A stretch of 64,000 nt of DNA. Origin: Naegleria gruberi. Taxonomy: Eukaryota. Numbering within the stretch: the first letter of the stretch is position 1; every line of letters begins with the position of its first letter. The notes below the pieces were generated by a model. The model saw nothing but the letters and a program-made list of their open reading frames with translations, did no database searches and was not told where the DNA came from. Location of the stretch: the NCBI GenBank assembly GCA_000004985.1, contig GG738886.1. The stretch is one strand, 5' to 3'. The position numbers were made by a program, and so were the translations under genes. Below, piece after piece: positions 1 to 9,556 of this stretch.

Positions 1-1012
1 TATGTTTATTCAATGATTCCTTTTGATAGTCATCATAGAAGTCCATTACTTTACAAGCCTTGTGAGCAAAATAAACAAGTCCAAGTCTGGTTCCTGAAGT
101 AATAGGAGCAACTTGATGTTTATATTTGTTGCCTTTGAACAATAGCAAATCACCAGGTTTAACAAATACCTTACAATTTTGCTCTGGAAACTCCAAATAC
201 CCTTCTTTCTCATCATAATCTCCCAAGTAAAATAAAACACTAGGTGTAGCATCACGGGTGTCCTTGTGAGCATTCTTGATTCTATGTTTCTCTATCTGTG
301 GTTCTAAATAGTTAAAAGCAGTGGATGGATAAATACAATTATTCAAAATATGATATGGGTGTGGTAACGATGTCAAATAATTAATTGTTCTTGGAGAGAG
401 TATTTCCAATGCAGCAGTAATTGTTTCATCTAGCATTGGATTTACAATTCCAATTAAATATTCTCCCAACTGTGTCTTTAGATCTGATGTAATATAATTC
501 ATAGGCATGTTATTCTCCAAAACTCCACTGTATCCATGATTTTTCTTTCTTGCCTCTTGGATTTTTAATAAATTTTCATTAAATTCCTGAATAATATCCT
601 TTTTCAACACTCCCGGTAAGAAAGCAAGATCTATTTGACCATCTTTCGAAATAATAAAATGTGGACTTGTTATTTTAGTAAACCACTTTTCCGTGTTAAA
701 TATTAAATTACTATTACTATAATCAACATTAAATTTCCGTTTTAATTTCTTTAATAATCCTTTAAGTCTGGTTTTTTTATAAAGACCACCCTTTTCACCT
801 TTTTTCACAGTCAATGATTCCTGCAAATTCACCGACACGGGTCCTAAGGAATGCGTATCAGTTAAAAGGCTAGTAGATGGCTTTTGTCTTTTGTTATCAT
901 TTTTGTTGTTGTTATTGTTGTTCCTTCTTTTCGTTATTGTTGTTATTGATGTTGTTGTTCTTGATGTTTGTTGATGACATTTTTTATTGTTATTTCTTGT
1001 TGACCGTTCTTG
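1..1012 (-). CDS. TET/JBP-family 2OG-Fe(II) dioxygenase (NgTet1-like), 3' end beyond window, no in-frame ATG
   Basis: Uninterrupted minus-strand frame from 1012 down to 1. The translation ...TDTHSLGPVSVN...TEKWFTKITSPHFIISKDGQIDLAFLPGVL...HGYSGVLENNMPMNYITSDL...SPRTINYL...LNNCIYPSTAFNYL...AHKDTRDATPSVLFYLG...EGYLEF..NCKVFVKPGDLLLFKGNKYKHQVAPITSGTRLGLVYFAHK closely matches, from memory, Naegleria gruberi Tet1 (HxD...H...R..LVYFAHK catalytic signature). The ORF track missed it because the frame lacks a start codon. Confidence 0.85.
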
Positions 1013-3812
1013 TCAACGCAGCAAACGCTGCTGTTGTTCTTCTGACTTCAGACACAGCTTTCAATTTTCCTCTTGTTCTTTGCTGTTCTTCATCTACATG
1101 TTCAGCAGCAGTCTTGTTAGTTGGGATGGTGTTTACCTTGTTTGTGGAAATGTGGTATTCTTCTAAATCTGCTGGTACAACAACAGTTCCTTGACAACAT
1201 TGGTGTGGTTGGAAAAGTCTTGTATCTGCTTCTCTCTCGCATAGCTGTTGAAGAATAACTTCATCATTATTCAATTTTACAGTATAATCTTCCTTCAATT
1301 CTTCCAATCTCTTTTTCGTTAACGACCGTGGATGTGGTAAAAGGAAGGTGTTTGGTAGTATTGTTGTTAACAAGAGTATTCTAAGTTTTCGTAGTATCAC
1401 TTGAGCAAGTAATTTCCCCTCCAATCCTAATGAAATGATGGTTCTCTCTTCAACAGGCTGAATACTAAAAACCTTCTTCAATAAATCTTTGTTTTCATCA
1501 ATACCAAAATCCATTCCACTTGGAAGAACAACACCATTGGAACTAAACATTTGTGAATAATCTTTGGTGTTCGAAAATAAGGAATCATGGTAGGTGTGAA
1601 GATGACCACCACCTTTGCTAGAGCCGAAGTTAATCGTGTCCAATTCTTCAATATGACTACTCTCGAAAGCCTGTGTTTCGAAGAGTTTAACATGACCAAC
1701 TCGTTCTTTCAATGGGATGATATGTTTCACCAAAATGTGTGCATACCATGACTTTCCAGGAAATCCTTGTACAGTAGTGATATATAATTTCCAGAATTTT
1801 GAAAGAGAATCGGAAAGAACATCCATTGGCTTATCATAATCAATGTTGTGAAATACCTGTTTCAAACTATGCCATAAATCCTTTGTTTTCTCAGATTCAA
1901 AGAATGGAGCCATTACATTAATGTTTTCTAAAAGAGTATTACAAGTATTGCCATGCAAAAATATTCTCACTTCGTTCCAATCCTCATCCTCCACCTTATT
2001 AATATATTCTAAACCCTTAATTTTTGTAACGGCAGTCCAAAATTTCTCCTTTTCTTTCATTCCACTCAAAGTAATTCTTAGTATATTTTCGCATAATCTT
2101 TCCTTTGCATGAAGTACACAAATAATAATATTACTCGCTGGTAATCCCAATATACATCCAAGCTCTGTTAGTGTTCGTGGTCTGTGATGTTTGGTGCAAA
2201 TTGGGAATGTGATATTACAAAATGGACACCAACTATCCTGTTTAACTCCAGGACAAACTTCACCGAGAGCTTTCAAGTCCATCGTAAGGAAAACATCTAC
2301 ACTGCAATGATACGATCCAATAGTAATACCATTCTTTCTTATAATCTCAATCTCCTTTTTAAAATGCTCAGCTACATGTTTGATTTCTCCTTCATCTCCC
2401 TTCCAAATGGCCAGTGGTGCACATACAGCTCTGGACTGACCGGTTCCAAAACATTTACTGTTAATAACAGTAATATATATCGTTGTCAATTTAGAATTTG
2501 CTGCATAATCCAAATTCAATGCAACAATTAAATCTTTTGTTTCCTTTTTGTCTTGTTCACATAAAGGCCGTCCCTTATCTTTCATCCAACCAATCCACTT
2601 CTTATGTTGCAGAGCGTAACAACATAGTGTTGGGAAAATTGAATGGTATATTAATTTACCCTCTCCTTCTAATGTCAACACTTTCAAATTGAAAAAGTCT
2701 GAACAAAGCAAATCAGTTGATGACTGAGCATGTTGAAGAATACTTGATGAAGAGAGATCATTAACATTTCCTTCATTTCTAAACATGTCAACTGTTTTGT
2801 TGGAAACCTGTTGTCTATTCTTCACCACCACTTGCTTAAGGATTGTTGTATTAATTGTTGAGCTATATGTAGGTTTTCTTTTCTTCTTTTTGGGTGTTTC
2901 TTTTCCAGATTGTTGTACCTTTTCTATTTTTCTTTTTTGAGATTCTTCCCATTGTTTTCCCTTGATTTTTGAAATTTCTACTCTCTCATTCTCAAACACC
3001 TTGTCAGTGGAAGTGGTTTTTTTGGTTTGATGGGATGTTTCTTGTTTCGAAATAAATCCCTCTTCATGTAATCTCTTTTTATCCAATAGATCATTCCTTA
3101 GAAGGATTCCAAGAAATGAATAAATGTTAGTAAACCCCTCCATCTTTGCTAATAAATCATGACCACCTAATCTCATCAATAATCTTTCACCTTTTTTGTT
3201 TTTGGAAGTTATTTTCGAATAATCACTTTTCTTGTACTTGAATGAATTTGTTAAAATGTTGTCCTTCATCATGGTCAACCCAAAATGGTCCTTAATATCC
3301 ATATAATACCTCAAACCATCTGGTTCCATGTATGTCTTATCGCTGGTAGATCCTTTTCCAATGATGTTTTCAATTGGTTTGGAATTTTTAGAATAATATT
3401 GATTTATTATTCTTGTGTTCCATTGGTCAACCATATTTGGAGAGACAATATTTTCTTGGCCTGAATTTGAGGTAGATGATATTGGAATGGTTTGAGATGG
3501 AGGAGGGTAAGAAAACATTGTTTGTGCAACAGTATGTGAAGTAGTTGATGGTTGTGAGTGGAATGAATTTTGATGAAACATGGGCGGAAATTGTGTTGAG
3601 TATGGAAAGATTGTTTGGGGAGGAAATGTTGGCGTATTGTAGTTAAAATAGGGATTGTGAAAGGGATTTATAAATGATTGGTCTTGTGATGGTTGTGGCT
3701 GTGATTCGATAATTGGTGTTTGTGACGAATATGTTGTGCTAATGTTATCCAGGTCCAATACAGAAGTCCAACCACTCTCCGATTGACAATCATCATGATG
3801 GCAATATGTCAT
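990..3812 (-). CDS. 940-aa protein with RAG1/Transib-like RNase-H/zinc signature (candidate transposase-derived), low-complexity N-terminus
   Basis: ATG at 3812, TAA at 990-992. The segment ...LIVALNLDYAANS...CFGTGQS...SYHCSVDVFLTMDLKALGEVCPGVKQDSWCPFCNITFPICTKHH resembles the RAG1 region around D708 (FRGTGYDEKLVREVEG...CTLCD; zinc ligands C727/C730): acidic residues on predicted strands, a D.K...EV motif, and C..C 17-20 residues after the Asp followed by HH. The family assignment is an inference. Confidence 0.5.
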   Translation of the reverse strand: MTYCHHDDCQSESGWTSVLDLDNISTTYSSQTPIIESQPQPSQDQSFINPFHNPYFNYNTPTFPPQTIFPYSTQFPPMFHQNSFHSQPSTTSHTVAQTMFSYPPPSQTIPISSTSNSGQENIVSPNMVDQWNTRIINQYYSKNSKPIENIIGKGSTSDKTYMEPDGLRYYMDIKDHFGLTMMKDNILTNSFKYKKSDYSKITSKNKKGERLLMRLGGHDLLAKMEGFTNIYSFLGILLRNDLLDKKRLHEEGFISKQETSHQTKKTTSTDKVFENERVEISKIKGKQWEESQKRKIEKVQQSGKETPKKKKRKPTYSSTINTTILKQVVVKNRQQVSNKTVDMFRNEGNVNDLSSSSILQHAQSSTDLLCSDFFNLKVLTLEGEGKLIYHSIFPTLCCYALQHKKWIGWMKDKGRPLCEQDKKETKDLIVALNLDYAANSKLTTIYITVINSKCFGTGQSRAVCAPLAIWKGDEGEIKHVAEHFKKEIEIIRKNGITIGSYHCSVDVFLTMDLKALGEVCPGVKQDSWCPFCNITFPICTKHHRPRTLTELGCILGLPASNIIICVLHAKERLCENILRITLSGMKEKEKFWTAVTKIKGLEYINKVEDEDWNEVRIFLHGNTCNTLLENINVMAPFFESEKTKDLWHSLKQVFHNIDYDKPMDVLSDSLSKFWKLYITTVQGFPGKSWYAHILVKHIIPLKERVGHVKLFETQAFESSHIEELDTINFGSSKGGGHLHTYHDSLFSNTKDYSQMFSSNGVVLPSGMDFGIDENKDLLKKVFSIQPVEERTIISLGLEGKLLAQVILRKLRILLLTTILPNTFLLPHPRSLTKKRLEELKEDYTVKLNNDEVILQQLCEREADTRLFQPHQCCQGTVVVPADLEEYHISTNKVNTIPTNKTAAEHVDEEQQRTRGKLKAVSEVRRTTAAFAALTRTVNKK

Positions 3813-3880
3813 TATGATATTTCTTTTTGAAATATTTGAAAAAACCGTTACAGAAATAATTTAATTAAATGTAAATTTTA

Positions 3881-4567
3881 TTAGAAGAAATGGAATTCAT
3901 CTTCATCATCGTACTTTATCTTCGTATCATAAGCAAAATGCATCGTGACTTCACCAGATTCAGTATCAAAAATAAAGGAAATGTTCTTCACTTGTAAAAG
4001 ATATTGGGTAACAATGTAGTTGTCCTCTATCTGGGTGGCACTAGTAATGACTTGTTGACCCCAGTTATCAAATATATCCAATACAGGAAGATGAGATGTA
4101 AATCTATATCCAATACAAGGAACCTTATACTTAATGCCATGTCTTGTAACTGTTCTATCAGAGTGGAAAAAGGTAGCACCTAACATGCTTTGAAACATGA
4201 CTTGAAATACACCAAGTTCAACAGAGCCACATCCAACGTAACTTCTTTTATCAATACCTCCCAACTTCAGCAATCTATTGATTTTCACTCGAGCACAATT
4301 AGCCAATACTTGGAATGATCTGGCAGCAAAATCTTTCTCACTTTCGCATAAATCGTCATATGTGGTGGAAAGAGGTTGGATTCTTGGTAACCCGTGTTCC
4401 ATGATGATGTCTTTGAAGTCATATGAAGAAGTTTCCTCCTTTCGTTGTTGTTGGATTTGGAGGTCTACATGGTTGTTTGTTGGTGAAGTAATTGGCACAT
4501 CAAACATATCGATATCACCTTCATCCAAGATGGTCTCAGTGATATATACTTGTTGTTGTGTATTCAT
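3881..4567 (-). CDS. hypothetical protein (228 aa)
   Basis: ATG-initiated intact ORF with a compact intergenic fit. It contains VGCGSVELGVFQVMF, which weakly recalls the hG[GS]...h[DE]h[DE]h nucleotidyltransferase motif with the acidic residues replaced. Confidence 0.5.
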   Translation of the reverse strand: MNTQQQVYITETILDEGDIDMFDVPITSPTNNHVDLQIQQQRKEETSSYDFKDIIMEHGLPRIQPLSTTYDDLCESEKDFAARSFQVLANCARVKINRLLKLGGIDKRSYVGCGSVELGVFQVMFQSMLGATFFHSDRTVTRHGIKYKVPCIGYRFTSHLPVLDIFDNWGQQVITSATQIEDNYIVTQYLLQVKNISFIFDTESGEVTMHFAYDTKIKYDDEDEFHFF

Positions 4568-5083
4568 TGTGTTTGTTGGTTTTTTTGTTGTTGTTGTTGG
4601 TAGGAGAGAGTGATAGGGTCGTTCATTTTATAGTCTTTTTTTTTGTAAGAAAAATCATCATTTTCTACCAGGCTTAGCTTGGCCAGGGCATTTTTAGCTT
4701 TGATGTAAATTTCTAGTGATTCATAATTTTGAACATTGAAAAGAGTTTATTATGTTGATAATTGCTCTGAATCCACTTACCTCTGAGGTGACATCTTACA
4801 TTGGAGCAAATTCTGCTGCGCTAGTTGAAAGAAGATGGAAGAAGCAGTTGCTACTGAAATAATGGAAAGAAATATTATTAAGGAATTGTTAATAATAGAT
4901 GAGGTTAACATCAACCATTCGAATACATAACATGAATTGCAAATAGAAGACAAATGGCTTCTAGGAGCACATAGAGAGAGCACTCCATAACATTTTAGGT
5001 TTTGAAAATTAAAGTTCAACATTGTTCGATTCTAATTAAAAAGTTGCAAACAATTTTACCTTTCAAATTATTCATAAAAAAAA

Positions 5084-5994
5084 ATGGGCAATAAACAATC
5101 TAACCATCATCATCACCAACAACAACAACAGTCTTCTTCCACGAGCACCTTCACACCAACAACTATTCCGGTTTCTAATGAAGAGGCCTACAGAAGAGAA
5201 ATGGAAATTTGTAGACAATACGAAATTGAAAGTAAGATGAGAGAAATGCATGAAGCCAAGTTTCATCAATATTCGGAAAATAAGGAGCCAGCATTGCAAA
5301 ATCTTCAATTGGTATTAATAATTGATCACTCTGGATCAATGGGTTCTTTTGGTAGGTTTTTTTTGTGAAATAATTTTTATTCTAATTGGAAACTGAACAA
5401 GATGAGGATGCAACAGGTCAAAATCGTTCCAAGGGCTTGGTTGATTCTAATCATTGGACACGTTATGATAATGTTATTCAAGCAGCTAAATATCTTTCTG
5501 AAAGTATATTTCAATATGATAAGGATGGAAAGGTACCACTTATTTTCTTTGATTCAAATGTTAGAGAAGTGATTGTTGACAGTATTCCAAGATTAGTTGC
5601 TGCATTTGAAAAAAATCAACCAAATTCAAGTACCAATTTATTAGGAGCTCTTGAATTAGCATTTAAAAATCATGTTAATGATCATGAAAATGTATTATTT
5701 ATTGTTTTCACAGATGGTAGTCCTAACGGAGGTCAAGAACCAAAAATCAAACAATTAATTCAAGACAAGTTGACCAAACCAGATCCTAATGGAAACAGAT
5801 TGAATATTTTATTTATTCGTCATGGTGATGATATCTCTGCAATTAATTTTTTGAAACATTTGGATGATTGTGAGGCAATTGGAAATAATGTTGACACCAA
5901 GTCAGATAATGCTATTTATGCTCTTGGACCAAAGAATTTAATTCTCAATTCTATATTTGAACATATGGATGCTGAATTTTTACAATATGTTTAA
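5084..5994 (+). CDS. N-myristoylation-motif vWA (copine-like, MIDAS DxSxS) protein, 2 exons
   Basis: The N-terminus MGNKQS is a myristoylation consensus. Exon 1 (5084..5351) ends ...LVLIIDHSGSMGSFG at a GTAGGT donor. A 50-nt intron (5352..5401) ends ..caag. Exon 2 (5402..5994) continues in frame as a vWA fold (TRYDNV...IVFTDGSPNGG). Confidence 0.7.
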
Positions 5995-6384
5995 AATAAA
6001 TTGATTACTTTCATGTTTTAACTAAGAATCTGAAAATTGAATAGCAACAATAAAAAATGATATAAACAGTTTCGAATAGATTTCCAATATTAGTGATCGA
6101 CCTTTACAATGATAAAAATACACAGGTCGTACCTTAACCTAGTCGTACCACTTGTCTCTTTGTAAACTCTCATCCAATATTCTGCTTCTTACTGATTTAC
6201 TAAACAAGACACAATACCACATTAATCCCATAATTGAAAATGGAACTCTATTTTCTCTGCTCCTCAAATTCATTTCCATTTCTTCAATTATTATTTATAA
6301 TTCAAGAAAAAAAAGTTTTTATATTCACTACTAACCCACAGAGAAAGGTTTTAAATTTCCAATTGTTTTTTATTGAGTGTGTTG

Positions 6385-6810
6385 ATGTCGAGATATGCTT
6401 TAAAGCCACCTGAAGGTGATTTTTCCTATAATAATAATATTAATCATCATCAACAAGTTCCTACACAAGGTGTTGCTGTAGCCTATGATCAACAACAATT
6501 TCCTTCCAATACAACCATGATGATGATGGCACACCAATATAATAATAATAATAATTACATGATGAATGCTTCTAATAATAATAGCATGGTAATTCAACCT
6601 CCTCCTCCATCTCAAGCCTATGTTCCTCAACAAGAACCCTACATTCCATCACATTATATTGTTGATGGTGTTTATGGTACTGGTGCTGGAGGCTCGGGTG
6701 GTGCTAATACTGCTACAATTATTCAATACTCCTATGATAATGGTAATAATAATGCTAAAGCTCATGATTGGAATACTAATCCTAATGGTGGTTGTTGTAC
6801 CATTTTGTAA
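6385..6810 (+). CDS. low-complexity Q/N-rich protein with C-terminal CaaX (CTIL) prenylation motif
   Basis: ATG at 6385. Asn/Gln/Met-rich. The ORF ends ...GGCCTIL followed by stop. Confidence 0.45.
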   Translation: MSRYALKPPEGDFSYNNNINHHQQVPTQGVAVAYDQQQFPSNTTMMMMAHQYNNNNNYMMNASNNNSMVIQPPPPSQAYVPQQEPYIPSHYIVDGVYGTGAGGSGGANTATIIQYSYDNGNNNAKAHDWNTNPNGGCCTIL

Positions 6811-6855
6811 TTAAGAATTTAAATAATTAGTATTTAATTATTTAATAGAAAAAAA

Positions 6856-7941
6856 ATGAATCATCATGATGATCATCGGAATGGCAATTATTCAACATTT
6901 TCAGGAGAATATGAAGTGAAAAAGGTTGTTAGGGAGAATCATAAACAAGATATTACTTTTATGAAAAGACATCCTGTATTGGAGTGTTTATTCTTTACTG
7001 CTAGTTCTCAAGGAAGACAAATTAATTTATATAATAATGATCACGATGGACATTTGGATTTGGTTTCTTATTATTTACATGATGATGATATTGGAGGTGT
7101 TTGTTGGTTAAATCATAATTTGGTTGGATTTTATGATATGAAAGGGAAGATTTATCATGCCTCTATAACTTATTCGAGAGTGGAAAGAATTTATGAGCCA
7201 TTAATTGATAGTAACATTACAGAAAATTCAGATTATATTAACTATATGTGCTCATCATTTCAATATTATCCCAATAGTCCAAATTATTACTTATTCACAA
7301 TATTAAATGAAAGTAAGAATGTACAGGTTTGGGATATCAATACTGATAGTTGTATTTGTAATATGAAAACAGATGATAATGCTCTATTTCACTTTGGTAT
7401 GCCTATTGCCTATAACAAGTTCATTATTATACAATCCAACGGAAGAGTTTTACTATTAAGTATTGAACAAGCTAATGTTACTATTGAACCAATTCTACTT
7501 TCCAATGATAATGAATTATATGATGCTATATTAGATAATGATGTGAAAGAAATTCATTTAATCCAACAAACTAACAAGGAAACAAATTTACTTATTCAAA
7601 CATCTTCATCCTTCATTCTATGCAATATTACATCTGAATATTCCAAGCTCACTCTCAAAACGATATCACATTTAGACTATTCATGTGAATGGGAGATTGA
7701 TATTGCTAAATTGGAAAATAACAAATTTACAATATTAATACCAAGTATCAAAGATATCAAACTAATTGAATTTAATACGAGACGCTTTGAGGAAAAACAC
7801 AAACTCAAACATAACAAGAAAGGTACAACTAATATCACTCATTCTCTTAATTTCAAGAATGGTTCCATAATAATTGCCATTAATAATTCCGATTCCAGCA
7901 TATTGAGGTTTGAAAGAATTGAAAATAATTCGGAACCATAA
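6856..7941 (+). CDS. hypothetical protein (361 aa)
   Basis: ATG-initiated long ORF in an A-rich start context. Confidence 0.55.
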   Translation: MNHHDDHRNGNYSTFSGEYEVKKVVRENHKQDITFMKRHPVLECLFFTASSQGRQINLYNNDHDGHLDLVSYYLHDDDIGGVCWLNHNLVGFYDMKGKIYHASITYSRVERIYEPLIDSNITENSDYINYMCSSFQYYPNSPNYYLFTILNESKNVQVWDINTDSCICNMKTDDNALFHFGMPIAYNKFIIIQSNGRVLLLSIEQANVTIEPILLSNDNELYDAILDNDVKEIHLIQQTNKETNLLIQTSSSFILCNITSEYSKLTLKTISHLDYSCEWEIDIAKLENNKFTILIPSIKDIKLIEFNTRRFEEKHKLKHNKKGTTNITHSLNFKNGSIIIAINNSDSSILRFERIENNSEP

Positions 7942-8187
7942 ATGAAGAAATAAATCTATCTTTACAAAGAGCTTTTTACATATTTTGACGAGAAGTAATG
8001 TACTGAAATACTGAGAATGATTGGCTTAGGATAACAGCATTCATTTATGAACAAGTCAGTTAGATATTATTTATCTTTGATTTCTTCCTTTTCAATTATT
8101 ATTTTAAGGTTTTTAATCTTCTGATTTCTTCTTCAAGTTCCATGATTCTCCTATTTTCTGCTTCAAGTTTCTTCGTTAATTCCTTAT

Positions 8188-8590
8188 TTAATTTTCGAGG
8201 TCATTATTTTCTTCAATTATTTGTGGAATATCTTTGAGGGGAGTAATTTCATTGTAACTTTCCATTTCCTTTTCAATTGATTCTATTGTTATTTTATCAG
8301 AGCCTTTAAGATAGAGAACAACTTTTGATATAATGGTCATGTGAGTGAAACAGTTCAATCTCTTTGAGGAATCTTTTTGAATCATGGTTATCAAACATTT
8401 AGTAAGAATATTATTCACTCCAAAAGATGGATCCACATATCGAACAATGGTTTTCTGAATTGCATGGTGTAATTTCTTCTCTCTTAATAAATCTGATAAA
8501 ACTGAATAGAAATAAAGTCCATAATAGTTAAAGTAGGAATAATTTCCATCATATTTACAAATAATATAAATATGATGGAAATTATTCCTA
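8188..8590 (-). CDS. hypothetical small protein, 5' end unresolved
   Basis: The frame is open from about 8590 to the stop at 8188 (...NYYGLYFYSVLSDLLREKKLHHAIQKTIVRYVDPSFGV...) with no ATG near its start, so an upstream exon or intron probably exists. Confidence 0.3.
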
Positions 8591-8714
8591 CCGGTACAGG
8601 TATCTATTTATTACATTCCTGAATATTTGAATCTTCCAAAAAGTTTCTATCAAGTTTCAATGAACAATTTGTCAATAATTTCAATAAAATACAGCCCAAT
8701 GAGAATATATCACA

Positions 8715-9338
8715 CTATGTTGAAATATTTCCAATATTATGTGCGAGCTTGTCACCATCCTTTAGTGATGCTTCTTCATAACTTTCGAATGAGACCTCAG
8801 GAGACATGTAATGATATTTTCCAACTGTCAAAGTTATGGAATTTCCACTTTTGACAACTTTTGCAATATCAAAATCAATAATTTTGTAATGATCTTTCAC
8901 CTTAACTATATTCTTTGGATCTAAATCTCTATGCAACACATTTTTATCTTCAAGTGATTTCACAGAAAACAATATTTTTGTATATAAATTCATTTTGATA
9001 AACATTCATATTTCTATCAATAATCTTGTACTGTCTCTTCTCCCATTTCCATAATTGAGTACATAACCATCTATGAGATTACAGTCATAACATTTGATTT
9101 TACCTTCAATATCATCTCTTTTAAGAAATTTAATTCTCTCCTGCGCAGAAATTTCATCTATTTTGTCAAATTTAACTTTAAATGCAACAAATTCATTCAA
9201 TATCTTACTGAAAGCTTTGAATGCAACCCCTTCTCCTCCGTGTCCCAGAAATAATTTCATATTGATTGTTAAAATACTTGTTGGAATAGTTTTGAAATTC
9301 TTTGAATATTTGAATGACTTTGGCAAGATCACCTCCAA
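8715..9338 (-). pseudogene. protein kinase-like gene interrupted by in-frame TGA with degenerate catalytic motifs
   Basis: Glycine loop LGHGGEGVAFKA and VAFK lysine sit in 9006..9338. HRDLDPKN (catalytic Lys replaced by Asp), DFD and SPE sit in 8715..9005. The two ORFs are in the same frame separated only by TGA, and no GT..AG intron is placeable around it. Confidence 0.5.
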
Positions 9339-9556
9339 TTTTGTTTCTACAAGAACTTGCTTACGGTTTTTCTACATTTTGATTTTTTAATCCAACAAGA
9401 AATAAACAATAACACTAACCCAATCCATTTGTATTGATGCCATTTTTTTGATGTTTTTAATCTAGTCTAAGAAAGGCGATTGGTTGACCATTCCTGTAAT
9501 TAACTTAATCAGATGTTTTACAATAAACTATTGACTTTGAACAAAGAGATTATTAT

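Noticed and set aside
46-273. 75-aa minus-strand ORF from the track
   Set aside because: It overlaps, in another frame, the conserved Tet/JBP dioxygenase domain. It is low-complexity and has no support.
880-990. CAA/AAC-rich tracts as microsatellite or CRISPR-like repeats
   Set aside because: They are coding low-complexity (Asn/Gln/Thr runs) typical of this genome. No spacer-repeat periodicity is present.
1478-2692. Short ORFs inside the 940-aa gene (1478..1699 -, 1921..2112 +, 2184..2531 +, 2498..2692 +)
   Set aside because: They are alternative-frame or antisense ORFs within a long coding region. AT-rich sequence generates such ORFs by chance.
9006-9008. TGA inside the kinase read as a sense codon (alternative genetic code)
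   Set aside because: TGA terminates other well-conserved genes here (for example the VOC gene), so a standard code with a pseudogene or sequencing error is more parsimonious.
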